From positions 1 to 57,846 of the IMG/VR virus record IMGVR_UViG_3300009467_000016: a DNA stretch of 57,846 nt; one strand, given 5' to 3'. Source of the DNA: a virus (Duplodnaviria; Caudoviricetes). Below the pieces are notes generated by a model that saw only the letters and a list, made by a program, of their open reading frames with translations, searched no databases and had not been told where the DNA came from. The translations under genes were made by a program, and so were the position numbers. Shown here piece after piece: positions 42,865 to 53,279 of the stretch; positions within the stretch are counted from its first letter, which is position 1, and every line of letters starts with the position of its first letter.

Positions 42865-44430
42865 ATGGGTATTAGTGGAAATGCATTAGCTTTTATTGGT
42901 GGTGCTGCAGAGCAATTCGCAGAAAACAAACAAGGGTTTAAAAAAGAACTACGTGACAATAAACGTAAACAGAAAGAATGGTTAAACACATATGGCAACA
43001 AAGCCCTTGATGAAACCAAGCAGCAGCAAGAGAGTGTAGAATTAGCCTTAGATGAGCTAGAAGCGCGAGGATTAAAGACGCCAGATGCACTTCAACTTTT
43101 GCAAAGGCATGGTGTAAATGCTGTACTTGAATTAAATAAAACCGTAAAAGATTATGAGTCGGCTAATAGCACAACGGTAGATGCAGACCTTATGAATAAA
43201 ATATGGAAGGCTGCAGAAGATTTCACACCTACAAGTCAAAGCTTTGAAGAAGCTGTCTCTAAAGTCTTTGGTACAAATAAAGCAGGTTCTACAGCCCCTG
43301 TAATACAAGAGTCAGAAGAAAGAGGTTTCTTTGATAAAATTAAAGCCAACCTTAGTGGTGCCTATGAAGATGAAGAATATGATGACTTCTTAAATGATGC
43401 AAGCGAAGGTATGGGTGGATACACTATCAATGAACTAAGAGCAATGTCAGAGTCCTCACTTTCTATGGTGGGTTCTGATGGTGCTGCTGTGTTTGACAGG
43501 TCTGTTCTTAGGGGTGATGAACCTTCGGCTGGTGAAGTTAGACTTTGGAAAAACACTACAAATATCATCGTGCGAGAGGCACTTAAAAATCTTTCACCAG
43601 CAGACAGACAAGCAGTTGGAAAAAGAGAAAACTCTAATTTGGACTTAGTAGACCGTGACACAGATGATATATTCTTTGATTTAGCTGACCCTGATGGTGT
43701 TTATTTTGAAGCCTTTAGTGAAGCTACTAGAAAAGTACACGAACAAAATCCTTTCTCTAACAACAGGGCTGCTACAGGTGCATATGGCGGTCAAGATGCT
43801 CTAAATGCAATACTTAATCCACCAGAACCACCTACACCAGAAGAGTTAGCAGAACAACTTGAGCAAGACCTAATAGATAATAATCTAACAGAGGCTAGAC
43901 CTGAAGATTTAGGTGAATCTACAGACGCACAAGTAGGTGAATACTTTAGGGACAATAATAAAGACTTTGTTATATCAAATGGAGAGTTAGTCGGGCGTCC
44001 AGAAGATGCACCCTTTGATGAATCTAAAGTTGTAGAATTGCCCCCAACAGAATTGCCCGTAGAAGAAGGTACATATAACACAGACGATCTAACTCTAAAA
44101 GCCCAACCTACTGTAGCACCTGAAGGCATCCCTGTACGTCCAGAGCCTAGATATGCAGGTGGTGAAAAAACCAGACCCCTACAAAAGCCTTTAAACAGAA
44201 GAGACCTAGATGATTGGGATGATCAATATGAAGATAAGTATAACCCTGATGCTACTTACAAGATAGTTAGACCTCAAGGCCCAAGACCTGAAGATACAAA
44301 TAGCCGAGAGTATTATGAGTATGAGCTTTGGGATGCTACCTACGGAGATACCCATGATCCCCTTACAGGATACCCTCTAATAGAAGGCTTAGATAAGACC
44401 CTCATTCCTAACTCAGAGGTTGCTGACTAA
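42865..44430 (+). CDS. Putative internal virion protein
   Basis: 521-aa acidic ORF in the ejection module. Confidence 0.6.
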   Translation: MGISGNALAFIGGAAEQFAENKQGFKKELRDNKRKQKEWLNTYGNKALDETKQQQESVELALDELEARGLKTPDALQLLQRHGVNAVLELNKTVKDYESANSTTVDADLMNKIWKAAEDFTPTSQSFEEAVSKVFGTNKAGSTAPVIQESEERGFFDKIKANLSGAYEDEEYDDFLNDASEGMGGYTINELRAMSESSLSMVGSDGAAVFDRSVLRGDEPSAGEVRLWKNTTNIIVREALKNLSPADRQAVGKRENSNLDLVDRDTDDIFFDLADPDGVYFEAFSEATRKVHEQNPFSNNRAATGAYGGQDALNAILNPPEPPTPEELAEQLEQDLIDNNLTEARPEDLGESTDAQVGEYFRDNNKDFVISNGELVGRPEDAPFDESKVVELPPTELPVEEGTYNTDDLTLKAQPTVAPEGIPVRPEPRYAGGEKTRPLQKPLNRRDLDDWDDQYEDKYNPDATYKIVRPQGPRPEDTNSREYYEYELWDATYGDTHDPLTGYPLIEGLDKTLIPNSEVAD

Positions 44431-47400
44431 TGAGAGTTATTGACGCAAAGTTTATAAACCCCAGCCAACAAGAGCCTGACTTCATGACCTACACAGGTGG
44501 TGAGAAGGATACGTTTGGCATTAGTGATCTCACAGAGGATCACAACTACAACGTCATTGAAGCGCAGATGAAAGCTCGCTTTGGTATGTCTGAGAAGTCT
44601 CACGACAGGCAAGAAGTCGTAGATAAGTGGATTAATTACAACAGAAAGTTTAACGTAGGTAACACCCTTAGTGTACTAGGTGAAGCCAGCTACTTAAGCA
44701 AAGCTGACGATGAAGAGAAAGTAAAAGCTCTCAACTCGTACAAGCTCTTTGATAACATGAAGGGAGCCTTTAGTGGTGGTACAGCAGCAGAAAAGCTAGA
44801 CAGTGTGTACGACTACGGTATGGCTTTAATTGTGGACCCTGTTAACTTGGTCAGCTTTGGTGTTGGTAAGTTAGCTACAGGCGGTGGATCAAAAGTAGCT
44901 GCAGGTGCGGCAAAAGAAGCCTTAGAGATATCAGCTAATCAGATACTACGTAAGGCAGGACAGACGGGTGCTAAACGATCTGCACTTAAGCCAGCCGTAA
45001 AAGCTGAGATAGGTAGAGCGCGTCAACGTGTACTTAGTAAGGCACTAAAAGGCGAGGCTGTAGAAGGCTTAGAGGAAGGCGTTGTAGAGGGTGCGCTTAA
45101 GAAGGCTGCAACTAAAGAGTTTAGATACGGCATAGGCACTGAGACTGTTAGTGCTATGGGTATTGATGCCATTCAGCAGAACATGGCGTACCGTGAGGTA
45201 GGCTTTCAAGATGAGTTCAGCTATCTAAACTCTGGCTTAATTGCTGGTGGGGGTTTCTTTGGCTATGGATTAGCTAAAGCGTTTGGTATGATGGACGGTA
45301 CAGACCTACCCAAGTCTGTAGCGTTAGAGGCTTATGATGCTGCTGTAACGGCAGAGGCTGCAGCTAGAAAGATAGCAAGGCAAGAAGGTGAAGCCACCTA
45401 CAAAGATGCTATGGCAAACCTAGCTAACGATGAAGAACTCCAACGCAAAACTATGGAGAGCCTAAAGAATAACACTGCTGCTGCACAAAGTTGGGCTGAA
45501 ATGGTAGCCTCTGGTAAGCGTATAGCAGAAGAAACAGGTGACAGGTATGAAGGTAGTGGTGCAGAGGGTTTATCCGCTTTTATCTTTGGTAAGAAAGATT
45601 TGCCAGAAGGCCGAAACTTCAAAGGGCTTTTTGATATATTTAATGATGCGGGAATTGATCTGGCGTATGCAGATGATGTATGGCAGGGTACTACCCACTT
45701 TGTAACTAGCACAGTCAAAGCCCTACCACAAAATGTCAAGAATGAAGTAGATAGTCTGTACAAAAATACTGTACTTAAGTTAGACACAGTGTATGAAAGC
45801 AAGACAAACCTAGATGACGCTATGGACTTCATGGCAAGTGATTATAGTTCTATGGGTGCTAGGATGGGCGTCATGGGCGGCTTGGGAAGAGAAGTAGAAA
45901 AGATACGTAAAGTAAAGCAAGCCACAGGACAAACTAACCTTAAAGTCACAGGGGAGGAAATGCTAGATGGTATCATAGACCCTAGCACAGGAACAGCTAA
46001 GAACGTTGACAAAGTAGAGCGTAGCTTGATGGGACGCTCACAGGATAACCTTATACGTATTCTTGTAACTCATCCCGGTACTACTGCGCTTAACTTGTTA
46101 GGCTGGGTCAACGCCTCTGGTATGCAATCTCTGTCTGATGGGCTTAGGGGTGCGCTTTATGGTGGGGCTTCTGTAGCACAGTACATAACAGGCAACAAAG
46201 CCAATGCTGTTGAGTACGCTGAGAAGTCTAAGCTTATGCTAACCCTGCAAGGCGAAAAGATGAAAAACTTGCTTAACCCTTTTGCTACACAAGAGGAAGC
46301 ACTTAACTTCTTATCGCTTAACCCTAAGATGCGTAAAGAACTATTCCGCTATGTATCTGGTGGCCTAGACAGTAAGGATGTTCTTAAAACGTTAGACTTA
46401 GAGTTTGATGATCTTGAAAAACCGGGCGTCTTTGAGAAAGTTATTGATACATTCCAAACAGTGTATGGCGTTAAGGCTGTAGATGTATTAACTAAGACAC
46501 AAGAGTTTATGTACAACATAGACAAACAAATACGCATTAAGTACAACATGAGTTACCAAGACTTCATAGGTGCTAAGGATGCTCAAGGTCAACCCCTACA
46601 CTGGGCTAAGATGCGCTCTGATGATTTCGTTGCAATACAAGCCACTGCTGTTGAGGACTCACTGCGTAGTGTGTTCTCTAAGTCCTTTGGCGGTGGTGAC
46701 TTTAAGAGAGACCGTAACATTGTAGAAATGGCTGCTAAAGGTATAGAGGATGCACGTAAGTATCCTATCCTTGGTGCTATGATCCCGTTTGGTCAGTTCT
46801 TTAACAACACTATTGCCTTTATGACTGACTACTCAGGCATTAGTATAGTACACTCTTATTTTGCTAAGAACAACAGAGACCTTATGGAAATGTCTACTAA
46901 GGCTGCTGTAGGTTTGACTTCTATTACTGCCATGTCTGAATACGAAATGAAGAACATGGATGAAGGCTTGGCTTGGCATGAGGAACGTGACGATGATGGA
47001 CAAGTAAGGTCACGCCTGTATGACTTCCCGTTTAGCTACTACAAAGGCATAGGACGTATTGTAGCGCACTTTAGACGTGACGGTGAAGTACCACCTGAGT
47101 TGTACGATGATATCGTAACTACGTTTGGTACAGCTAACCTTACACGTTCTTTGGGTGAGTCATCAGCCTCTGCGTTTGACTTTATGAAGGACGTTGCTTC
47201 TGGTAAATATCCTGATGCAGTAGAAGGCTTACAAAAAGCTATGGGTAATGTAGGTTCTATGTACCTGTCAGGGTACAGCAGACCGTTAGACCCTCTTAAT
47301 CAAATTACAGCGTTTGCTATGGGTGACGCCTACAATGAAACAGATCGTAACATTGGTAGTAAGTTTATCAACAACTCCACACGTTACGTTGAGAGTATCT

Positions 47401-48017
47401 TTGACGGCTTTGACCAGCTTACAGGAATACCTACTGCTGCAGGTACTGCACTAGGATTAGACATGACAGAAACACCTGCTAAGGAAAGACCTTTGGAAGA
47501 AAGACCTAGAGGCGTAGCTATTGGGCGTATCTTTGGTTACAGGGACTCACCTGCACCACAGGCTATTGATAAGATGTTTGCCGATATAGGTAAGCCTAAG
47601 TGGAAGACAGATATTAAGTCTGCTGTGCCAGAGGCCAACAATACGCTTAACAGGGTTATAACTAAATACTTAGAAGCAGAAGCAGCTAAGGTTGTCTATG
47701 GTGATAAATGGAAGAACGCATCATTAGATCAAAAGATATCTGATCAAAAATTAGCAGTATCTAAGGCTAAGAAAAGAGCCTTAGCTGAGTTGTATAGATC
47801 AGGCAACCCTACAGATAAACGCCACCGTGAAATGTTTAAAATTAGTAGGCGAGGGTCAGGTGTCACTATGACTGACATGGAGGAAGCTTTAGAGGAGATT
47901 GGCATAGATAAGAAAGTAGAAGACTTATCATACGATCAGCTACGATTGCTAAGGCGTTTTCTAAAGATGGAGAAGCGAGACTTAAAACGCTCATCCAGAG
48001 AATCACTTAGAGGTTAA
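44430..48017 (+). CDS. Large internal virion / ejection protein (putative)
   Basis: 1195 aa, last gene of late arm, DPVNLVSFGVGK motif. Confidence 0.65.
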   Translation: MRVIDAKFINPSQQEPDFMTYTGGEKDTFGISDLTEDHNYNVIEAQMKARFGMSEKSHDRQEVVDKWINYNRKFNVGNTLSVLGEASYLSKADDEEKVKALNSYKLFDNMKGAFSGGTAAEKLDSVYDYGMALIVDPVNLVSFGVGKLATGGGSKVAAGAAKEALEISANQILRKAGQTGAKRSALKPAVKAEIGRARQRVLSKALKGEAVEGLEEGVVEGALKKAATKEFRYGIGTETVSAMGIDAIQQNMAYREVGFQDEFSYLNSGLIAGGGFFGYGLAKAFGMMDGTDLPKSVALEAYDAAVTAEAAARKIARQEGEATYKDAMANLANDEELQRKTMESLKNNTAAAQSWAEMVASGKRIAEETGDRYEGSGAEGLSAFIFGKKDLPEGRNFKGLFDIFNDAGIDLAYADDVWQGTTHFVTSTVKALPQNVKNEVDSLYKNTVLKLDTVYESKTNLDDAMDFMASDYSSMGARMGVMGGLGREVEKIRKVKQATGQTNLKVTGEEMLDGIIDPSTGTAKNVDKVERSLMGRSQDNLIRILVTHPGTTALNLLGWVNASGMQSLSDGLRGALYGGASVAQYITGNKANAVEYAEKSKLMLTLQGEKMKNLLNPFATQEEALNFLSLNPKMRKELFRYVSGGLDSKDVLKTLDLEFDDLEKPGVFEKVIDTFQTVYGVKAVDVLTKTQEFMYNIDKQIRIKYNMSYQDFIGAKDAQGQPLHWAKMRSDDFVAIQATAVEDSLRSVFSKSFGGGDFKRDRNIVEMAAKGIEDARKYPILGAMIPFGQFFNNTIAFMTDYSGISIVHSYFAKNNRDLMEMSTKAAVGLTSITAMSEYEMKNMDEGLAWHEERDDDGQVRSRLYDFPFSYYKGIGRIVAHFRRDGEVPPELYDDIVTTFGTANLTRSLGESSASAFDFMKDVASGKYPDAVEGLQKAMGNVGSMYLSGYSRPLDPLNQITAFAMGDAYNETDRNIGSKFINNSTRYVESIFDGFDQLTGIPTAAGTALGLDMTETPAKERPLEERPRGVAIGRIFGYRDSPAPQAIDKMFADIGKPKWKTDIKSAVPEANNTLNRVITKYLEAEAAKVVYGDKWKNASLDQKISDQKLAVSKAKKRALAELYRSGNPTDKRHREMFKISRRGSGVTMTDMEEALEEIGIDKKVEDLSYDQLRLLRRFLKMEKRDLKRSSRESLRG

Positions 48018-48021
48018 TACG

Positions 48022-48059
48022 AAAAAAGGGGCGGTCACAACGACTGCCCCTCTTGCTTT
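48022..48059. terminator. Bidirectional terminator at the convergence of the two arms
   Basis: A6-GGGGCGGTC-ACAAC-GACTGCCCC-TCTTGCTTT. Confidence 0.85.
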
Positions 48060-48074
48060 GTTTCACGTGAAACA
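48059..48074. promoter_or_regulatory. parS: parS site 3
   Basis: Perfect TGTTTCACGTGAAACA between the terminator and the stop codon at 48076. Confidence 0.88.
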
Positions 48075-48075
48075 T

Positions 48076-48279
48076 TTACTTTACGCCATGTAACTCCGAG
48101 CAGTACCTAGCCCATAAATAAACATCCCTAATGCTCTGCATAACGTGCTTACGCTCTGGGCAAGGCTCTATGTGCTTAACTATAAAAGTATCTAATCCCT
48201 CACATAGCTTTGTTAAGTCTTCCACAAAGATTTGCCTATTACCTTTGCTATAGTTTAGTGCTTCTTCTTCTAAGTTCAC
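48076..48279 (-). CDS. Hypothetical protein (67 aa)
   Basis: GTG start; TTGACA-N17-TACAGT promoter-like element upstream (about 48315-48343). Confidence 0.7.
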   Translation of the reverse strand: MNLEEEALNYSKGNRQIFVEDLTKLCEGLDTFIVKHIEPCPERKHVMQSIRDVYLWARYCSELHGVK

Positions 48280-48370
48280 AGGGCTGCCTTTCTTGTGTGT
48301 GTCTTTATAGCAACACTGTAAAGCTTATCGTAAAGGTTGTCAAGATGTTTGTTGACCTCACTACTATCAT

Positions 48371-48592
48371 CTAACTTTCTTCATCTATGTTAAACGGCAT
48401 GGAGATACACAGGCTTACTGCCCTAGCACCATCGTCGGGTCTTGAATTATATAGGCGAAGCATATCAAACTCACGCCATTGCTGGCATGATTCTTCTGTC
48501 TTAAAAGCCATATTAGGCGAATGTACAATAAAACTATTATCTTTAGTTACAGGGGCAGTCAGTGTCATTACTACTACATATACCCAGATCAT
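48371..48592 (-). CDS. Small exported-like protein
   Basis: MIWVYVVVM start after AGGAG; F.TEESC...C pattern; start coordinate approximate. Confidence 0.6.
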   Translation of the reverse strand: MIWVYVVVMTLTAPVTKDNSFIVHSPNMAFKTEESCQQWREFDMLRLYNSRPDDGARAVSLCISMPFNIDEES

Positions 48593-48642
48593 ATTATTAC
48601 TCCTTGAATAAAGCAGTTTATCCACTTGCTTAGGTGAGGGGT

Positions 48643-50559
48643 TTAAGTAATGTCTACCATTTCACAGACATCACCAGTACAGGCCATCGTTTGCATACCA
48701 GAGGTATTATCTTCTATTTCATAGTTGTCAAACAAAGTCCAATCTACTTTAGGCGGTGACTTGTCAAGCATTTCGTAGTACTCTTCTTTAGTACACTCTT
48801 GATAAGGTGCCTGTTGGTACGTATGCTCATTGAACGGAAGGAACGACACACCTGACATTTCATCAAAGTGTTTGTACACAAATGCTCCTACCTCAAACCA
48901 CTCGTCAGGCTTAACGTTAATCGTAACGCTAGGCTTATGCTCACACCAATGACGCTGATACATCAACCACATTTCTAGCTGCTCTAGTGCTGTCATGTCA
49001 GCCGTACACACTGCACCCAAGGGTGACTGCATAGGGAAGCTAAACACAGTTGTAGCATCAGGCTTCATAACGTCAGGCTCACTAGGGATGCCTTGGTCAC
49101 GCATAAATGCAGTCAATGGGTCTTTATTATCTCCACGCACAGTACGGATATAATAGGGACTATGACGAGCATGTATTCCAGAAGCCGAATCAACCAGTTG
49201 GGAAACTGTTCCACTGGGCTTAACGCAAGTAATAGCAGTGCTGTGAGGGATACCAAGACGGTCAGCCCACTCAGCGTTAGTAGAAACAGCCACATTTTTA
49301 AGATGCTCCAATGTTTCGGATAACCCTTTGTTCTCTAAGGTCATCAGTTTGTTATCCATTATCCCCGTAAGTGACACACCCAGCAATCTTTCTTCTGCTG
49401 TGTTGGTGTTCCACATCTTTCGCAAGTATGGGAAGTTTGTGTAGGTGGATTGTATTGTTCCAAGTACAGTTGCAAGACGGACTTTTCTTGTAAGGTCTTC
49501 CAAACTGTCCGTAGCCCTGATAACAACTTCTGTGAGATTACAGAATTGGTTAGGGCGTAAAATAATCTCCGAACACGGATTGGTTCCAAACTCATAAGGC
49601 CCATGTACTTTGTTAGTCTTTCTACGGCCATTCTTTTCTGCTTGTTTAATTGCTGCTTCTCTATTAAATATTCCTCGTTCTCCACTGCCACTCTCCATTA
49701 GGGCTGTCCACTCACGCATGAATGACATACTGTCAGGTTTCTCTGAATAAGATACTGAGTTGTTAGCCAAGGCTCTGTGTGCTGCATTCTCCCACCAGTT
49801 ACCTGACTTGGCATGGCGCATACGATCATCAGATAGATTAGATAAACTAATCATAGCACTACGGCGTACACCACCGACCACTACTACCTCACCAATCTTA
49901 CACATAAGATCGTGACACTCTAGGCTGGACAGTTTGCGTCCCTGTGCCTGTCGGAATGTAGTAACAGCAAAGTTAAACAAATCAACCAAAGGAGCAGGAC
50001 CACTAGCCCGACCACCAAACGTTTTAAGCCTTGCCCCTGCAGGGCGAACTCTGCTAATATCCCACTTAGGAATTTCACCAGCCCACAGGAGTGCCAACAC
50101 TTGTCTGAGACCTTTAGCCCATCCTTCCTTGCTGTCCTTGATGACAACAGTCGTATCGCTTTGGAAAAGAGTAGGAACATCAGAGAGTTTAGCGATGAAC
50201 TGACGCTCAACACTGAAACCAACCCCCGTACCGCAAAGCAAGATGAACATAGCCTCATCGAAAGACTTAGGATCATCTACGGGTAGGTAGCTACAATTGT
50301 ACATACAGGTGTTGTCACGCTCTGCCGCTTTTCCTGCAGTCATAAGTGACCTCATGCTAGGCATAACCTCAAGGCTAAGAATAGCACTACGCATTTCATC
50401 TAGGTCAACAGGCTTGAGCCATGTCTTAGCGATGTTCTGTAGGTAACGCTCTACAGTTTCACCCCATGTTTCACGGCGTCCTTCTCCTTCAATCCAACGT
50501 GCATAGCGGCTGGTTGCAATGAAGGTCTGGTAGTCACTGGGTAGGTAATTGTTATTCAT
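48643..50559 (-). CDS. nrdJ: Class II (B12-dependent) ribonucleotide reductase
   Basis: YNCSY, GGVRRSA, GTNPCSEI, CVKPSGT, C-terminal ACTGDVCE; no beta-subunit gene. Confidence 0.92.
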   Translation of the reverse strand: MNNNYLPSDYQTFIATSRYARWIEGEGRRETWGETVERYLQNIAKTWLKPVDLDEMRSAILSLEVMPSMRSLMTAGKAAERDNTCMYNCSYLPVDDPKSFDEAMFILLCGTGVGFSVERQFIAKLSDVPTLFQSDTTVVIKDSKEGWAKGLRQVLALLWAGEIPKWDISRVRPAGARLKTFGGRASGPAPLVDLFNFAVTTFRQAQGRKLSSLECHDLMCKIGEVVVVGGVRRSAMISLSNLSDDRMRHAKSGNWWENAAHRALANNSVSYSEKPDSMSFMREWTALMESGSGERGIFNREAAIKQAEKNGRRKTNKVHGPYEFGTNPCSEIILRPNQFCNLTEVVIRATDSLEDLTRKVRLATVLGTIQSTYTNFPYLRKMWNTNTAEERLLGVSLTGIMDNKLMTLENKGLSETLEHLKNVAVSTNAEWADRLGIPHSTAITCVKPSGTVSQLVDSASGIHARHSPYYIRTVRGDNKDPLTAFMRDQGIPSEPDVMKPDATTVFSFPMQSPLGAVCTADMTALEQLEMWLMYQRHWCEHKPSVTINVKPDEWFEVGAFVYKHFDEMSGVSFLPFNEHTYQQAPYQECTKEEYYEMLDKSPPKVDWTLFDNYEIEDNTSGMQTMACTGDVCEMVDIT

Positions 50560-50570
50560 ACTTTATTTCC

Positions 50571-50993
50571 TTATACTAAGTCAGACAGGTCAGGCTTCCA
50601 GTAGCTTGAACCCTTTAACACTTTGCCGTCAGGCCGCTTGATTGGTTTACCTTGTGGCCCTAGCTTAGACATATTAGATGCGTGTACTCTGCGTACAGCT
50701 TCATCTAAGTCCCATCCGTAGGTAGCTGCATAGCCATACGTAACGTACACTAAGTCAGCTAACTCTTTGAGTAACTCTAGTGGGCCATCTGCGTCACGTA
50801 CTTCACTATACTCCTCTTTGAGTAGCAGCCAGCGTAACCCTTCTAGCTTTCTACTGTAGCCATACTTTTCATCAAGAGGGTGATCCATAGCTACTGCAAA
50901 CTCTTTTACCATATCTAGTGGACTACGAGTGTGATCTGTAGCAGCCTCTCTGTCGTACTCAGCGAAATCGTCTATCTCTTGCTGTGTAATCAT
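50571..50993 (-). CDS. MazG-like / PRA-PH-like NTP pyrophosphohydrolase
   Basis: EEYSE...KELADLVYV...VHASNMSK...DGKVLK. Confidence 0.85.
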   Translation of the reverse strand: MITQQEIDDFAEYDREAATDHTRSPLDMVKEFAVAMDHPLDEKYGYSRKLEGLRWLLLKEEYSEVRDADGPLELLKELADLVYVTYGYAATYGWDLDEAVRRVHASNMSKLGPQGKPIKRPDGKVLKGSSYWKPDLSDLV

Positions 50994-51163
50994 CCCTGAT
51001 CCTTTACGTTTATGTTAGATATTTCTACATCATCTATATCATAGATAATACGAGTCATCAAGTCTTTTATATCTTCTTCATAGTACATAGGGTGAGAAGA
51101 TAGGATGTTGTTTGACTTGTCAACTTGTAAGACAAAGGTAACACTAAACTTCTCAGTCTTCAT
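50990..51163 (-). CDS. Hypothetical protein
   Basis: Short ORF overlapping both neighbours; start probably MKTEK. Confidence 0.6.
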   Translation of the reverse strand: MKTEKFSVTFVLQVDKSNNILSSHPMYYEEDIKDLMTRIIYDIDDVEISNINVKDQG

Positions 51164-51419
51164 TACGCTCAACCTCCTGTATCAATCTATCTAAGTACCA
51201 CCTAGCTTTCTTCAAGTCCTCTACGCCATTCTTGTAAGGCCACCTCCACATATACTTGAATGAGTTCTGCCAACAGTATGCCTCATGGGGTGATACATCT
51301 GCACCCTCTGACATAGCCTTCATAGCATCTATACACTCAATGTTAGCTGTGTTGTAGTGGGGTGGCTTATCTACCATGTCTACCTCAAAGGGCATGATTG
51401 TTTCTTTCCATTTAGCCAT
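51153..51419 (-). CDS. DUF3310 (SaV-like) protein
   Basis: DMVDKPPHY...ECID...KYMWRW.YKNG.EDLKKARWYL; start probably MAKWKE. Confidence 0.85.
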   Translation of the reverse strand: MAKWKETIMPFEVDMVDKPPHYNTANIECIDAMKAMSEGADVSPHEAYCWQNSFKYMWRWPYKNGVEDLKKARWYLDRLIQEVERNED

Positions 51420-51420
51420 A

Positions 51421-51765
51421 CTAGCAGTTGCCCTTAGTTTTGGTGAAAGCACTGAGTGTAAGTACATTACCCTCTGCTGTATAGGAAGATTGTGGTGTAT
51501 CGTCCATAGGCACTTGGTTCTCTTCTAGTAGACGCTCTATCTTCTCTTCTAGTGCAAGCTTTAGACCTTCATAGATTTCATCATCGTCATCATTAAGCAA
51601 CTCAAACAAACCAATCATAGCTAGACCTACACCCATAGCATCTGTTAATTGATCGTCAGTCAATTCGTGATCGTCACTCTTGCAGATACAAGTAGCGATC
51701 TGTCCATTACCCATAGGCTTGATTAGTATTGCAATCTCATCATCGTCTAGTGTGTATGGCATCAA
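51421..51765 (-). CDS. Hypothetical acidic protein
   Basis: 114-aa ORF ending TKTKGNC. Confidence 0.75.
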   Translation of the reverse strand: MMPYTLDDDEIAILIKPMGNGQIATCICKSDDHELTDDQLTDAMGVGLAMIGLFELLNDDDDEIYEGLKLALEEKIERLLEENQVPMDDTPQSSYTAEGNVLTLSAFTKTKGNC

Positions 51766-52205
51766 GTCTTCCTTTTTGTTTTAAGTGGTATCTTAGTCTG
51801 TGTAACATACTTTCCCGGCTCTGTCAACCACCCTTGAGGTATTAGTCTGTGTGAGTACAAGAAGTCATTTTTTTCACACCAATCACAGTATCTACTCTTA
51901 GCACCCTTGTAGAGTTTAGCTTTAGCGTTACTGAATACAAAGCGTATGTCTAACTCAGGGTGCTGCCTTCTTACTTCCACATGCTTGCGCCTGTCTTCAC
52001 TGTCAAAGATACCCTTGGTCTCAATAAAGATACCGTTGTCCAACTGAAAGTCAGGCGTGTAAGTACGATAACGTAAGTCCTCCCACTCTATTTTAAGTAG
52101 CTCATACCTTACCTTTTTTTGGCACTCAGACAAAACAAGAGCAGTCTGTTTTTCAAGACCGCTCCTGTACTTGGCTTTAAGGTGTAGCCTCTTAGGTTTA
52201 GGCAT
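51762..52205 (-). CDS. T7 endonuclease I-like Holliday junction resolvase
   Basis: YRSGLE, YTPDF, IETKG, DRRKH, DIRFVF, WCEK. Confidence 0.92.
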   Translation of the reverse strand: MPKPKRLHLKAKYRSGLEKQTALVLSECQKKVRYELLKIEWEDLRYRTYTPDFQLDNGIFIETKGIFDSEDRRKHVEVRRQHPELDIRFVFSNAKAKLYKGAKSRYCDWCEKNDFLYSHRLIPQGWLTEPGKYVTQTKIPLKTKRKT

Positions 52206-52407
52206 CTTCTTCTGGGATAGTCTCGTCTTCTAGTGCCTGTTTAAGCTTGTCTACTAAAAGCACCCCCATGTTAGACACACTAGCTAATTGAAACTCTAGC
52301 TGTCGCTTCATTGTTGCGCTATATTGTATCTCTGCTAACAAAGCAATCTGTGTTTCGTTAAAGTCTTCTGAGTCGTATTCAATATCGTTTAGTGTCACTT
52401 TAGCCAT
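52198..52407 (-). CDS. Hypothetical protein
   Basis: MAKVTLNDIEYDSEDF..., GAGG RBS. Confidence 0.7.
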   Translation of the reverse strand: MAKVTLNDIEYDSEDFNETQIALLAEIQYSATMKRQLEFQLASVSNMGVLLVDKLKQALEDETIPEEDA

Positions 52408-53278
52408 TTGCATTTTCCTCTTTCAGTTTAGTGTAATGTACCATAGGTGCTGTTAGTTTGCCTTGATAGACTCTTGATGGCAACTCTTGATAGTCAGGCC
52501 GACAAGCTTTCTTGAATGAGCAGAAGCTACACTCTTTGCATAGCGTTCTGTTACCTGATTCTTTCTTGCGATAGGTCTCAGGTATATCTGTGTACTGACG
52601 CTCAAGTGGCTCATCGTTCTCTAGGTAGTCATACGTTTCACGCATCTTATCTAATACTTCTTCAACGTCTACGTGCTTGGCTGAAACGTACTTGTGATGA
52701 CCATTAGCTTTGTTTACTACCCACCAGCCACCAACCTTCTTACCTGCTGCTGTAGCGTAGCCTACAAGCTGTGCTACGTAGCCAAAAGGATCACTAGCCT
52801 GTAGTGTCTCAAGGTCAACAAACTTCTTAGTGTAGGAGTAATCAGATGCACTCTTAACATCGTCTACCCTGCCAGCCATCACTAAGTCATACTCACCCTT
52901 GATTGGGCGTCTACCTCCCCCTAAGTCTAACGACACGTACTCATTGTCTTGGAACTCTACACCAGCAGTGCGTAGGATACCTTTAAATACTGCCTCAACT
53001 ATATCGCCTAGCATCATGTTCATCATGAACTGCTCTGGCATTGGTTCTTTTTCTTCTGGCATGTTCTTTTCAAACCAGAGTTGACACTTAGCTCGTCCTA
53101 TGTTGGACATTCTAAGCCTGAACGCATCCCTTGGCCCACCGTTGAATTGCTTGTTTAGTCCTGCCGATACGTCAGAAGCAACGTTATCAATTATTGCTTC
53201 TGACATTTCTGCTTGACCTAAAGTAGCATCACGCATGAGTATCTTAATGGGTAGTTCAGCAGCGTGTGCAAAATCCAT
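52400..53278 (-). CDS. PD-(D/E)XK exonuclease (Cas4-like fold)
   Basis: RMSNIGR.KC, GEYD, DDVKS, Y..QL..Y, C..C..C C-terminal cluster. Confidence 0.85.
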   Translation of the reverse strand: MDFAHAAELPIKILMRDATLGQAEMSEAIIDNVASDVSAGLNKQFNGGPRDAFRLRMSNIGRAKCQLWFEKNMPEEKEPMPEQFMMNMMLGDIVEAVFKGILRTAGVEFQDNEYVSLDLGGGRRPIKGEYDLVMAGRVDDVKSASDYSYTKKFVDLETLQASDPFGYVAQLVGYATAAGKKVGGWWVVNKANGHHKYVSAKHVDVEEVLDKMRETYDYLENDEPLERQYTDIPETYRKKESGNRTLCKECSFCSFKKACRPDYQELPSRVYQGKLTAPMVHYTKLKEENANG

Positions 53279-53279
53279 C

